A stretch of DNA of 64,000 nt from Bdellovibrionales bacterium (GTDB taxonomy: Bacteria > Bdellovibrionota > Bdellovibrionia > Bdellovibrionales > JAGQZY01), in NCBI GenBank assembly GCA_964230645.1, contig CAXRHT010000002.1, positions 960,001 through 1,024,000 of the forward strand, read 5' to 3'. Positions 48,024 to 59,601 of the stretch are shown piece after piece. The notes beneath the pieces were generated by a model that was not told the DNA's origin, did no database searches, and saw nothing but the letters and a program-made list of their open reading frames with translations. A program made the position numbers and the translations under genes. Each line of letters begins with the position of its first letter. The stretch's first letter is position 1.

Positions 48024-48038
48024 TTTCCTCTCTGAAAA

Positions 48039-48908
48039 CTAAAGCTTTTTTTGCTTATCGCCCAGTTTTTTGAGTTTCTTAAGATTGATCATGCGTGTGT
48101 AGTAGCTAGAGTCTCTTTTGGGAGCCCGGCGCTTGCGCGTGATCTTTCTACGACTTCCCACCGAACTGACACTACGGCGCTTTCTAAATTTCACTTCTGC
48201 GATTTGATTGATTTTCCCTAAATACTTTCTGGGATTCAAAGGCACATTATGACAGCGCACCTCAAAGTGTAGATGAGGTCCTGTGGCTCTCCCCGTTCTT
48301 CCCACGTATCCAATGGTTTGACCCAAATTGACCCAATCTCCTTCTTTGACCTGGTAGTCGGAGAGGTGTCCGTAAAGAGAGCTGTAACGATTGCCATGAT
48401 CGATCTCAATAGTCTTTCCGTAAGCTCCTTTGCGACGCGAAGTTTTCACCACACCGGCTGAAGCCGCATAAACGGGAGTTCCTGTTTTTCCTCGAAAATC
48501 AATGCCCGCGTGAATATGGCGCCTTCCTGAAAGAGGATGCACTCGGTAGCCATAACGACTCGTCATAACCGCACGCACAGGCTTTTCGAAATAAGGCGAC
48601 TCTGGGCAAATTCTTTTTTCAATATAACTGTAGCGAGATTTCCTCACTTTTTTGACTTCACTCTTATCAGCCAACTTTTTCACAAAGGCTCTTTCTTGAT
48701 AAAGAGAGTTAATATCCACATTCTCAGCAAAAAGGTTACTCTCCAACCAGTTTACTCCAGCTAGATTGGAGCTAATCTCATGGCTTGATATCTCGTCTAT
48801 ATATATAGATTGCACGGTTTCGAATCTATAGCCGGGATCCCTCATTAGGGCATTGAATAGAAATGTGATCATGAAACCAGAGAGAAATACAAAGCCGAGT
48901 CGATTCAT
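48039..48908 (-). CDS. M23 peptidase with basic C-terminal tail (start probably MNRLG)
   Basis: HAGID, YGHL, TGPHLHFE. Confidence 0.92.
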   Translation of the reverse strand: MNRLGFVFLSGFMITFLFNALMRDPGYRFETVQSIYIDEISSHEISSNLAGVNWLESNLFAENVDINSLYQERAFVKKLADKSEVKKVRKSRYSYIEKRICPESPYFEKPVRAVMTSRYGYRVHPLSGRRHIHAGIDFRGKTGTPVYAASAGVVKTSRRKGAYGKTIEIDHGNRYSSLYGHLSDYQVKEGDWVNLGQTIGYVGRTGRATGPHLHFEVRCHNVPLNPRKYLGKINQIAEVKFRKRRSVSSVGSRRKITRKRRAPKRDSSYYTRMINLKKLKKLGDKQKKL

Positions 48909-49251
48909 GGATGTTCCTTTTCGTTGCATTACACTCTTCGGCACAAAGTGAGACATTGTTAAGACATTTTGCACCGCCCAAGGTCTAATTTGGAGATGAA
49001 AATTCCCAGGGAAAGTGTCAAAAGTTTTTAACCTCTCTATTTTTCTATTTTTTTTTCAATGTCCCCCTTTGAGAATCGCCAAATAATTCGACAGCTTTGT
49101 TTCACAACATTTGTGCTATCAATTTTTTTTACACTCTGGCTGTCCAAATAGTTAACAAATCAAGCTTTCGTCTCGTCCTGATATTTTAACTTTCGGCCAG
49201 GAGCACCGAAGGTCTAGTGAGTGACAAATTAAATGTTTGAAGGAGGAATGA

Positions 49252-50043
49252 ATGAAGGCTCTTGTCCTATTAACTTTACTACCAGCATTTATGCTGATTG
49301 GTTGCGGTAAAATGCAAACCAATAAGGATTCAGCCGGGAATGTACTTCAAGAAATGACAAACAACAATGCCATCAGCGAAGAAGAAGCCAATAGCATTGA
49401 CGAGAGTTTATTAGATACCGAAATTGAAGTTTCCCAATCAGAAGATCAACCCAACTCAGTAATGATGAAAGTGGGTGGAGCTGAACTACTAATCGATTTT
49501 ATCGAAGACTTATCGGGAGACCCGGAAGAGACCGCAATGGTGATCAATGGTGTTGAAGTGCCCGCCGGTCTAGCTGCCGATAAAAATTCTTTCCAAGGTT
49601 TGATTGCCTCTCTTGTAACTTCACAGTTAGAGGGTGTGGACATTCTTGGAATCCCAGTGGGTGAGCTTGTGCAAGCAGGTCTTGGACTCATAAGTGGTGA
49701 TACGGATCGCGCTAGCTTTTCCAATCTGTTTGGAACACTGATTCGCGGAGCCCTTAATATGTTCCTCGACGGTACCCCGTTTGGAAATATTTTCGGATCT
49801 CTTGTAGATGGTCTTCTTGGCGACAATAACTCTAGCAACAGTGGTCAAGGAAACAACAATAACGGAAATAATAATTCCAATAACAACGGCAACAATAATA
49901 ACAATAATGGAAATAATAATAATAATAATAATAACTCCGGTGGAGGACTCGGAGGAATTGTTAATACAATTGGAGGAGTATTAACGGGAGGCAATCCACT
50001 TCTTGGAGGAATTTTTAGTCTCATCACGAATCTCTTCAATTAA
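49252..50043 (+). CDS. Lipoprotein with poly-Asn linker and Gly/Leu amphipathic helices
   Basis: LIGC lipobox; GGAGG RBS; AAY-rich tract. Confidence 0.8.
   Translation: MKALVLLTLLPAFMLIGCGKMQTNKDSAGNVLQEMTNNNAISEEEANSIDESLLDTEIEVSQSEDQPNSVMMKVGGAELLIDFIEDLSGDPEETAMVINGVEVPAGLAADKNSFQGLIASLVTSQLEGVDILGIPVGELVQAGLGLISGDTDRASFSNLFGTLIRGALNMFLDGTPFGNIFGSLVDGLLGDNNSSNSGQGNNNNGNNNSNNNGNNNNNNGNNNNNNNNSGGGLGGIVNTIGGVLTGGNPLLGGIFSLITNLFN
49824..49935 (+). repeat. AAT/AAC trinucleotide tract encoding poly-Asn
   Basis: aacaacaataacggaaataataat...aataataataataac. Confidence 0.85.
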
Positions 50044-50060
50044 ACCTTATCCCCTAGAAG

Positions 50061-50085
50061 AGGAGCCAGGAAACTGGCTCCTTTT
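50061..50085 (+). terminator. Intrinsic terminator
   Basis: AGGAGCCAG-GAAA-CTGGCTCCT followed by TTT. Confidence 0.85.
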
Positions 50086-50211
50086 CGCTTTTTTCCCACC
50101 CAAAACAAAATAGCAACGCATCATATTCAATATATTGTTAAGACCTCCCCAAATCTTTGACAGACTTTTGGTTAGTGAATAGCTTAAAAAGCATCTTTGA
50201 GGGGGAATGGA

Positions 50212-51078
50212 ATGACTCGTGTTCTTTGCTTATTTTTTGTGCTTATTAGCTTTGCCTCTTTAGCCCAAGGCTCATTTAAATTAACAGATCTTGGTGAGAG
50301 ATTACGCTCTTGTCAAAACATGGAGTACGATGACTTCATTGTTACAGTCAGCAAAAGTCTCCAAAAAGAAACCCAAAATCTTTTCTTTGACGACAAACTC
50401 ACTGCCGTACTGGTAGAACAACCGGACTGTTACCGCGTTGGAACAGAGATTCAAATCCATTTAGAAGATGACCCGGTTCCTTATTTAGGGAAAGCCATTA
50501 TCGATGAAATTGAAGTTCTCTCACCTGAAGAACTCAAAAACCATAAGGACACCCCTTATACCAAAAGCGGCCTTGAGGATTATGTCTCCACCACTCGTGA
50601 CAACCAATATGGAGTTCTTAAAATTCGAGTCACTGAAAAGGTGACCAATTATTATGTGAATCAAGAGTATGAAAGACTTCCCACCTGCTTTCCCTCCTAC
50701 GGAGACTGGGAATCGATGAGACTTAGCGAAGATGATAAATCTTTGGTGGATGATATTAAATCCGGCCGAGTGATTGCTCAAATTAGCAATGGTACTTTTA
50801 ATTGCTATAAAGTGGGTATTAGAGCCCGCATTCAAGTCGCTGGGGACTACGAAACCGATCACGGTAACATCATTCCTACAGAGCTTTACGTGATCCATTA
50901 CACGCAATTGACATCAAAACACGCCAAGTATTTTCAGCAATCCGTCAGTGAATTAAAAACTGAGATGGAAAAAAAGAAAGATGTGGATGGCGGCTACACT
51001 ACAATTGTCGTTTTCGACTACGAAAAGCCACGGGAAACTCCCCCAGAAACAACTGAGACTCAGTCATTACTGCAGTGA
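50212..51078 (+). CDS. Secreted protein with two internal repeats, ASCH/PUA-like pattern
   Basis: Signal peptide ending SLA; DCYRVG and NCYKVG repeats. Confidence 0.65.
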   Translation: MTRVLCLFFVLISFASLAQGSFKLTDLGERLRSCQNMEYDDFIVTVSKSLQKETQNLFFDDKLTAVLVEQPDCYRVGTEIQIHLEDDPVPYLGKAIIDEIEVLSPEELKNHKDTPYTKSGLEDYVSTTRDNQYGVLKIRVTEKVTNYYVNQEYERLPTCFPSYGDWESMRLSEDDKSLVDDIKSGRVIAQISNGTFNCYKVGIRARIQVAGDYETDHGNIIPTELYVIHYTQLTSKHAKYFQQSVSELKTEMEKKKDVDGGYTTIVVFDYEKPRETPPETTETQSLLQ

Positions 51079-52040
51079 AAGACTTCGCCTAAGTCTAGAG
51101 AGGGAAAGTCTTGCAGGAGAGTTTCCTTAATACGAACCATTGAAAGAGCCACAGCCGAGCCACGGCAATAACGCTCAAACATTTGCGCACCGTTGGTATA
51201 GCTACTGTTTAATAGGCCAACAATCTCTCCCCTGTGGTTAAGAAGCGATGACCCACTAGCGCCCGGAAGAATATCAACGGTCGAGAGTATGAGTTCGTCC
51301 CGATCGTATCGATTTATCAATGCCTCTTCTGAACCTTTAATACAGGGGTTTTCTAAAATAGAGGAAATTACCTCCCCCTCCCCCTGGTAGAAACTTTCGC
51401 CATCACTATTACGCCGCTCAGGACGACCGGAGGAATCCCCAGGATAGCCAAAGTAATGCACGGGAGCAGAGAGACTCAATTCTTGGTCACTGACTTGCAA
51501 ACAACGAGAGCTTTCAAATTCAGCCACTTTGATCAAGGCAAAATCACCGTTATGAAAATAACCGGAATCTAAAAAACGTTGGTGAAGCTCAGACGCATAC
51601 AAAGATAAACTCCCCTGTTCAGAGGGCGTCATAAAACCCGTGCTGGCAGCGAGCACCTCGAAGACTTTCGGTACCCCATTTATTTCTGCTTCACAGTGGA
51701 CATCCCTCTCATCGGTAAAATGGTAGAGATTGGGAGAGCGCCATCCCTCCTCAGGGAATAAAGCTTCCGCTCTAATAGAATCACTCTGAATGAGGCAAGC
51801 GTTAAGACAATGTCTCGCCGTTAGAATATGGCCTTGATTAGAGACCCTTGTACCTGTGCAGTGACCAAAGCTGGTTTTAATTTTAACAATTTCCTCTCGT
51901 GGACTCGCACTTTCCCAACCGGCTCGCGCTAGAGCCTTGTTTGAATAAACATAACTTGAAAGTGAAACGAATAATACTATGGTCCATTTGATTGATTGAA
52001 TAACGTACCCCTTCTGTCTTGATCCCAGTATGAGCTTCAT
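51060..52040 (-). CDS. Exported trypsin-like (S1) serine protease
   Basis: LTARHC, DFALI, PGASGS. Confidence 0.88.
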   Translation of the reverse strand: MKLILGSRQKGYVIQSIKWTIVLFVSLSSYVYSNKALARAGWESASPREEIVKIKTSFGHCTGTRVSNQGHILTARHCLNACLIQSDSIRAEALFPEEGWRSPNLYHFTDERDVHCEAEINGVPKVFEVLAASTGFMTPSEQGSLSLYASELHQRFLDSGYFHNGDFALIKVAEFESSRCLQVSDQELSLSAPVHYFGYPGDSSGRPERRNSDGESFYQGEGEVISSILENPCIKGSEEALINRYDRDELILSTVDILPGASGSSLLNHRGEIVGLLNSSYTNGAQMFERYCRGSAVALSMVRIKETLLQDFPSLDLGEVFHCSND

Positions 52041-52117
52041 TTTAAAGGATTTATTACAAAATAGGGGAAGTGCTTCGAATGTAGAAAAAAATTACATCAA
52101 TTGGTGTCTAAAATCTG

Positions 52118-53554
<1,437 letters not shown>

Positions 53555-53560
53555 ACTTAT

Positions 53561-53896
53561 TTATTTACAACAGTCTTTCTTTTCGCCCTTTTTCTTATCA
53601 CCACAACACTCTTTTCCCATTTTACTTTTGTGGTGAGCCATTTTTTCTTCTTTTGTAATCTTGCCATCACCATTGGCATCCATTTTTTTAAACATTTCAC
53701 TGTGCATTTTATCGAATTCTTTTTTAGTGACTGTACCATCACCATCGGCGTCCATTTTCTTCCACATTTTTTTATGGTGACCTTTATGCCCGTGCTTCTT
53801 GTGACCGTGATGGTGCCCCTCTTTATGATGACCGCCGTGTGAGCAGGCAGCGAGTACTAAAATAGATAGAATTGATAAGAATGTTCTAAAAGACAT
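53561..53896 (-). CDS. His-rich EF-hand lipoprotein
   Basis: LAAC lipobox; DADGDGTVTKKE and DANGDGKITKEE. Confidence 0.85.
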   Translation of the reverse strand: MSFRTFLSILSILVLAACSHGGHHKEGHHHGHKKHGHKGHHKKMWKKMDADGDGTVTKKEFDKMHSEMFKKMDANGDGKITKEEKMAHHKSKMGKECCGDKKKGEKKDCCK

Positions 53897-53952
53897 TTCT
53901 CCCCCTTTTAAATGGTTTTCTATACGATAATCAAAGCTTAGGGATTATTCAA

Positions 53953-54558
53953 TCACGGGGCAAGGCGACGAGCGCGCCACGAGTCGTTTTCGAGATCTTG
54001 GACAAACTTAATGCGGCTGTGAAGGCGGTCGTCGCCGGCCTGCCAGAATTCAAAGCTTCGAGGAATCAAACGAAAACCACCCCAAAACTCGGGGCAAGGT
54101 ACGGGTTTTCCAGCAAACTTTTCTTCGATTTCCTGAACCCTTTTAACAAGTTCGTCGCGATCTTGGATCTCCTCACTCTGAGGAGAGGCCCAGGCTCCAA
54201 TTTGGGAACCTCGGTTGCGGGTGGCAAAATAAGCTTGTGACTGCTCGTAGGATAACTTCTGAAGCTCGCCTTGTATTCTCACCTGACGATGCTCTGGGAG
54301 CTGCCAATGAAAGAGCAGTGAGGCTTTGGGGTTAACCTCTAGCTCTTTGGCCTTACGGCTTCCATAGTTCGTATAAAAGTAAAAGCCTTCGGGACCATGC
54401 TGTTTTAAAAGCACTGTTCTGGCCGAGGGCCACCCATCAAGTCCTGTGGTCGCCAAGACCATTTTGGTTGGCTCAAAAGCTGTTTTTTCTTTGGCTTTTT
54501 CGTACCACTGATTAAAGGTTTCCAGAGGGTTTGCACTTTTTTCGATCCATTCAGTCAT
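53953..54558 (-). CDS. pdxH: Pyridoxamine 5'-phosphate oxidase
   Basis: LAT, RTVLLK, SRKA, RQVRIQG, WASPQS, EFWQ..DRLH. Confidence 0.95.
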   Translation of the reverse strand: MTEWIEKSANPLETFNQWYEKAKEKTAFEPTKMVLATTGLDGWPSARTVLLKQHGPEGFYFYTNYGSRKAKELEVNPKASLLFHWQLPEHRQVRIQGELQKLSYEQSQAYFATRNRGSQIGAWASPQSEEIQDRDELVKRVQEIEEKFAGKPVPCPEFWGGFRLIPRSFEFWQAGDDRLHSRIKFVQDLENDSWRARRLAP

Positions 54559-54636
54559 AGCCCAAAGGTTTACCGAAGGACTGGTCAAAAGTCCATGCCT
54601 GAAAGACTGATAGATCCGGCTCAAAACGAGAAATTT

Positions 54637-54663
54637 TGATTATTTTCTCAAAACCGCCGATAA
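54637..54663 (+). promoter_or_regulatory. FliA-like promoter
   Basis: Perfect GCCGATAA -10 box 6 nt before the ATG; weak -35. Confidence 0.5.
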
Positions 54664-54669
54664 ATCAGC

Positions 54670-55221
54670 ATGTCAGAACAAAGAAACGTCGAAGAACTTT
54701 ACCCCAGAGCACCCCGTTATGTGATTGAAATCGGAGACAACGAAGTTGTGAGATTTGCCATGAGTCCCAGGGGATCAAAGACTATGCATACGAGAATTAT
54801 CAACCTCTCGGAATCGGGTATGGCCTTTCTTTGCCCTTACCTGACAGCTCCCCGAGAGGGAGAAAAAATTAAAGTAGAATTCACAGCTCCAAACACCGAT
54901 TCTATTGCCTGCTTTGCCAATGTCGTGCGTGTGCAAATCCACAAGACTTATCGGGAAGACCAGAAACCTCAAACCTTTAAATTGGTGGCTGTGGAATTTG
55001 AAAATCTTCCGCCCAAACAGCGACAAATGCTCTCTTCAGGTCTCACACAGCAGTTTCAAAAAAAGCAAGCCGAGTATCAACGCAAACAATTGTTTTTAAA
55101 AGCCCAGTGGCTCATTTCTTCAAGCTTTGCGAAAGCCTATGATCTTTTAAGCTCATTAAAAAAGAATCGAGCTTCTAAAATCAATAAGAATTCTGAGCTC
55201 TCTTCCAAAAAGGAAGATTGA
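54670..55221 (+). CDS. PilZ domain protein
   Basis: PRAPRY, NLSESG, VAVEF. Confidence 0.82.
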   Translation: MSEQRNVEELYPRAPRYVIEIGDNEVVRFAMSPRGSKTMHTRIINLSESGMAFLCPYLTAPREGEKIKVEFTAPNTDSIACFANVVRVQIHKTYREDQKPQTFKLVAVEFENLPPKQRQMLSSGLTQQFQKKQAEYQRKQLFLKAQWLISSSFAKAYDLLSSLKKNRASKINKNSELSSKKED

Positions 55222-55284
55222 TTAAAACCTAAAACATTTTTAAACTAGTCAGTGTTTTCAATTTTTCAATAAGGAGTCCTTCCC

Positions 55285-56037
55285 TTGAAAAGATCTCATT
55301 TATTAGTCACTCCCCTTCTTGTATTTTTAACAGCTTGTTTTTGGCAGAACAAAACCACCCCGTCCAGCAACAATGAAAAAATAAAGTTAAACTCCGACGG
55401 AAAAATCGACATGAAAGAGTTTGAGGATCAACTTAAAAATATAACTCTCGTCGCCTCTTATTTCGTTAGTGGTCGCGCAAATTTCTTCTCAAACAAAGAA
55501 AAAAATGAATCCGTAAAAGAGGCCCTTTCTGGTTGCAAGTTAATTACCGAAGGCGGAAAAAAGAAAATAAAAATGAAAATTAAAATTTTAAATAAAGAGG
55601 GAAAGACCTGTGGCGTTTCTTATGAGAAAATTATTTATCAGGCCAAGAATGGGGAGGAGGGCACATCGAAATACGTCTCCAAGGACCCTAAACTCACTAA
55701 ACTTTTAGGCGTTGTTGAAAATGATTGCAAAATAAAACGCCAAGAAGACAGAGAGGATAAAAAGAAAATTTCTAAAGTCACAGCCAAATGCTCCGCTCAC
55801 CTCACCGCCTTTGGAAAGGTTGAAGCCAAATACTCCACAAAGAGCACACGGGTAACAAACCAGGAGAAAAAATCCTCAGAGACAGTCGAAAACAAAACTA
55901 AGGTGGTTATTGATGGGACAAATCACATTCTGGAAATGACCTCACACCGAGATTTCAACGGAAAAGTCCAAACGGAGAGAGAGCAAGAGGGACAAGCACC
56001 CCAGCACACCTTGGGATATCTCCTATTGCAACTTTAA
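55285..56037 (+). CDS. Lys-rich hypothetical lipoprotein
   Basis: LTAC lipobox; AAGGAG RBS; TTG start. Confidence 0.65.
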   Translation: MKRSHLLVTPLLVFLTACFWQNKTTPSSNNEKIKLNSDGKIDMKEFEDQLKNITLVASYFVSGRANFFSNKEKNESVKEALSGCKLITEGGKKKIKMKIKILNKEGKTCGVSYEKIIYQAKNGEEGTSKYVSKDPKLTKLLGVVENDCKIKRQEDREDKKKISKVTAKCSAHLTAFGKVEAKYSTKSTRVTNQEKKSSETVENKTKVVIDGTNHILEMTSHRDFNGKVQTEREQEGQAPQHTLGYLLLQL

Positions 56038-56091
56038 ATTCAGCGAGATTCCCGTTATAATGGTCGATAAGTCTTTACAAGGGAAGTCGAC

Positions 56092-56868
56092 TTGAAAAAA
56101 GAGTTAAAGATTGTCACATTTAACATTCGCTGTTTTGGTTTTGATGGCGATTACTTTGGTAAAGACAAAAAAGAGTCCCGCCTGCCCTTTTTAAAAAAAT
56201 TCATTGATGAACATTTTTCTGATGCCGATATCTTCGTTTTGCAAGAGATCATGAATCCATTGATTGTAGATAAAATTTTACCCCCTGGATTTACCAGCTA
56301 TACCTATCAACACAACTTCGCTCGCCATATGTTTATCGTTCTTGCTTGCAAAAAGGACTTTCAGATCAAAAATTTACAGATCATTGCAAATACAGCCCTA
56401 GACGCTCAACGTTCAAGACCCGCTCTCTTCGGAACTCTGGTTAAGCAGGATAAAGCTCTCCTAGATATTATCGGCGTTCATCTTAAGTCCAAATATGAAC
56501 ACACCGAAAACCGTAAAAAACAGTGCGAAGTTATCTCAAAGTTTATTGAAAACAGAGAGGAAGATCGGCCCCTCATCCTCACCGGTGATTTCAACACCCA
56601 CGCACCGGATAAGACTTTTAAATCTCTCCATGATATTGAGTACATCAAAGAGATTTTTTCTGACCAACTCACTCATCAACCTCATAACAATCCCACTTAT
56701 CTGGCTGCAGGCGATCATATTGAGCTCGATCATTTTTTTACCAGAGGTCTTAAAATAGAGAATATCGACAGCTACTCTCTGTACGACTATTCCGAGTCCA
56801 ATCCCTTTAAAAAATATTTTAATGAGATCTCAGACCATTTGCCAGTGGAGTTGACCGTCAGCATTTAG
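56092..56868 (+). CDS. Endonuclease/exonuclease/phosphatase (EEP) family protein
   Basis: TFNI, LQE, VHLKS, GDFN, LDH, SDHLP. Confidence 0.92.
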   Translation: MKKELKIVTFNIRCFGFDGDYFGKDKKESRLPFLKKFIDEHFSDADIFVLQEIMNPLIVDKILPPGFTSYTYQHNFARHMFIVLACKKDFQIKNLQIIANTALDAQRSRPALFGTLVKQDKALLDIIGVHLKSKYEHTENRKKQCEVISKFIENREEDRPLILTGDFNTHAPDKTFKSLHDIEYIKEIFSDQLTHQPHNNPTYLAAGDHIELDHFFTRGLKIENIDSYSLYDYSESNPFKKYFNEISDHLPVELTVSI

Positions 56869-58253
56869 AGCTTTTCGCAAAGCTCATTATTAAGCCTCTG
56901 AGCCTTGACACTCTTAGGGTGGCCGCTTTCGGAACTTGGATTGTAGGCGGCTTGATAGTCTAATTTTTCAATTTTTTCGACAATTGCAAGGAGTTCGAGA
57001 TTCTCGGCATAAAAGCTTTTTATAAACATAAGCCCTAAACTCTCAGGAAAATAGTCTCCCCCCATGGGACCTTTAATACTTGCTCTTAAACTGTAGTTTT
57101 CATTAGGGCTCATTGACCAGTTACCAATAGATATCCCCAGAGGCTTTAATAGGGCTTCCAGCTCGGCGAACGCTCTTGCCTCATCCTGAGTTTTTAAAGC
57201 CCAGTTTTGACTGATTACATCAACAGATATCTTATCAAGGGCTTTGAGAGTTTCCTCAAGGTATTTCTGTTCATTTTGGGAGGCCATCACTCGCAAGCTT
57301 TTTTCACCAAACATTTCGGTGAGACGATCCAGCCGACCTTTATAGTTTTCAGCATTTCTTAAAAAAAGCTCATGGGCTCTCTTTTCTATCAACGATGATT
57401 CTTTCAAAGAAACTTTTTCGTGTTGGCAAAGTAAAGTTCTAGCGATCGGCCTTTTCTTATTATCAATCACATCTGATTTTTTTTCTAATTCTCCCATAAT
57501 TCTTTGCAAATTCTTTTGTGAAAGATGAATATCCAAAGAAAAAGTATGATCCAGGTGACGAGTCTTTTTATTTAAAACGCTGTATCTTCCTTGCCAGTTT
57601 TTATTTAAAAAATCTTGGCAGGGTTGACCGATCACCTCCGCACGGTTCCAATATTTTTCTAGATTGTGACTATGACAGATTCCTGGCCAAAAACCGTAAT
57701 TGTCCCAATTGGGTCGCGAGGGTTTTTGATGGCATTGTTGGCACTTCTTTCCCCCAATGCCTCCATCTTCAGATATAAAAAAGGGGACCTTTCTTTTATC
57801 AACAGGAAGCTCCTGAAGTCGCTCTTTATTGCGCACTTCTGCTGGGAAAACGATCTCTCTAAATTCAAACTGCTTATTTACGCTATCAAAGCACATAAGC
57901 TCAAGACTCTCATAGCCCTGCTGTGAGGCCTGGCCATTGAAAGTGAGAACTGTTTGTGCTGTCGAGTCAAAAACCAGAACGCGAGGGGATGAGAAACTAG
58001 CCTGTTGAAGGGATTTTGAGTTGAAGACCACAACGTAGCGATCGAAAAATTTGGGAAAGCGCGCTTTTATAGAGTAAAGAGCCTCTTCCACTCGCTTTGG
58101 TTTATCGGTGCGAAGTATTTCGTACAAATCAAGACAACTCATTGATTCCGAAAAGGGCCCAGAAACCTTCTGCCCCACTTCTTTGTTAACAGCATAACAG
58201 AGCAAAAAGCTCGCAATAACTAGAGATAGGAAAAGTATAAAAATCTTTTTCAC
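56865..58253 (-). CDS. Exported protein with a single CxxCH heme-c motif
   Basis: Signal anchor; CQQCH...RPNWDNY..WPG. Confidence 0.65.
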   Translation of the reverse strand: MKKIFILFLSLVIASFLLCYAVNKEVGQKVSGPFSESMSCLDLYEILRTDKPKRVEEALYSIKARFPKFFDRYVVVFNSKSLQQASFSSPRVLVFDSTAQTVLTFNGQASQQGYESLELMCFDSVNKQFEFREIVFPAEVRNKERLQELPVDKRKVPFFISEDGGIGGKKCQQCHQKPSRPNWDNYGFWPGICHSHNLEKYWNRAEVIGQPCQDFLNKNWQGRYSVLNKKTRHLDHTFSLDIHLSQKNLQRIMGELEKKSDVIDNKKRPIARTLLCQHEKVSLKESSLIEKRAHELFLRNAENYKGRLDRLTEMFGEKSLRVMASQNEQKYLEETLKALDKISVDVISQNWALKTQDEARAFAELEALLKPLGISIGNWSMSPNENYSLRASIKGPMGGDYFPESLGLMFIKSFYAENLELLAIVEKIEKLDYQAAYNPSSESGHPKSVKAQRLNNELCEKL

Positions 58254-58265
58254 AAAGGCTATTGT

Positions 58266-58937
58266 CTAATTTTGCTCTAGGATTTGGTAGCTTTTAAGAA
58301 CGGCGCGCAAAAACTTCTCAAAGGAATGCTGCTTATCTCTTTTAGGATGATTGAGCGTGACGGCCACATGAGACTGGATCGGAGAATCAAAGCAAACGGG
58401 CAAATAGCCTCCTCGCATGAGAATCCAATCAGCCGCCAGTCTTGCGGTTCGGCCATTGGCATTATTAAAGGGATGAATCGTGACAATTCCCAAATAAATT
58501 TCAAAAGACTTTATAAAAATATCAGGTTCAAATTGCAATTTCTTGTGAAATTCGTCCAAAGCTTCGCCGAGATGATCCGGAGGCAAATACTCCATATCGC
58601 CTGTGTACATCTTTACGTCCCTAAGTGGCTCTGATCGCCTAAGGATTCGGCGATTAAGATGAACAATCGAAGCCCAAGTGAGAACCTCATCTTCTGAGAT
58701 TTTTTCTCCCATCCAATGGTTGGTCTCCTGCCAAAGCTCCAAGGCCTCTTGCTTCTTTAAGGAATTTGAAGCCAGAGCCCGGCGGACAGCCAGGTTCTTG
58801 AGAGCATTTTCAGTGGGCTCGGAGAGTTTTTTCTGAGCCTGGTCAATTTGACGAATTAAAACAGAAACACCCCCAGATATGACTGGAGGTGTTTTGAGGT
58901 ACTCTAAGATTTCCGAAGGCTCTTTTATATCCTTCAC
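58266..58937 (-). CDS. Fic domain protein
   Basis: IHPFNNANGRTARL. Confidence 0.9.
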   Translation of the reverse strand: MKDIKEPSEILEYLKTPPVISGGVSVLIRQIDQAQKKLSEPTENALKNLAVRRALASNSLKKQEALELWQETNHWMGEKISEDEVLTWASIVHLNRRILRRSEPLRDVKMYTGDMEYLPPDHLGEALDEFHKKLQFEPDIFIKSFEIYLGIVTIHPFNNANGRTARLAADWILMRGGYLPVCFDSPIQSHVAVTLNHPKRDKQHSFEKFLRAVLKSYQILEQN

Positions 58938-59470
58938 TTAACTTGATAATACTCTTTACTAAAATCAATCTTCATTTCATCCACCTCAGAACTTCTTTTA
59001 AATTTTAAAAGCTTTCCGTTAGGTGTGTCAAAGATATGAAACTCAATATTATATGTAGAGTCGGAGCAAGTTTTTGAAGAATCACAGTCAAAGAGCTTAA
59101 AGGTATTTTCATCCAATCGCTTGGCGTAGTAGTGTCTATCCCAGTTCTCAAGGGGTTGACCTGTGACTGTCGACTTGAATTCAACAACCACTTCATACTC
59201 CATACCTCCAAAACCATCGTAGTAATACCAGTTGTCAGGCTCAATAAAACTTAAAGTCACGAAGTACTCTAAATCTTTGATTTGGTAATCATTGCCTGGA
59301 AGATTCACAAAAAATTCATCCACCCCTGTTTGCTTTGAGACAAACTGCATTCCTAAAAGGTTCTGCTTTTCAGAGCGAACCTCTTTCATGGCAGCCTGCA
59401 AATCTCCTGCTTGTAGGTGCATGGAGGGGCTCATAGTTAATAAAGCTGAAATTATGGCTTCTTTTTTCAT
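58934..59470 (-). CDS. Hypothetical protein, possibly secreted; translationally coupled to the Fic gene
   Basis: GTGA overlap; LQA possible cleavage site; GGAGAG RBS. Confidence 0.6.
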   Translation of the reverse strand: MKKEAIISALLTMSPSMHLQAGDLQAAMKEVRSEKQNLLGMQFVSKQTGVDEFFVNLPGNDYQIKDLEYFVTLSFIEPDNWYYYDGFGGMEYEVVVEFKSTVTGQPLENWDRHYYAKRLDENTFKLFDCDSSKTCSDSTYNIEFHIFDTPNGKLLKFKRSSEVDEMKIDFSKEYYQVK

Positions 59471-59601
59471 TTCTCTCTCCCGTCTGTTTTTTCAGCTCAT
59501 GTATAGTGAAAGGACGGGAATTTTTAAAGGGAAGTCTTATTCTTAACAGGCTCCTGAAGGAGGCCGAGTAGATTTTACAAACTTTGCGGGCTAACGAGCA
59601 C

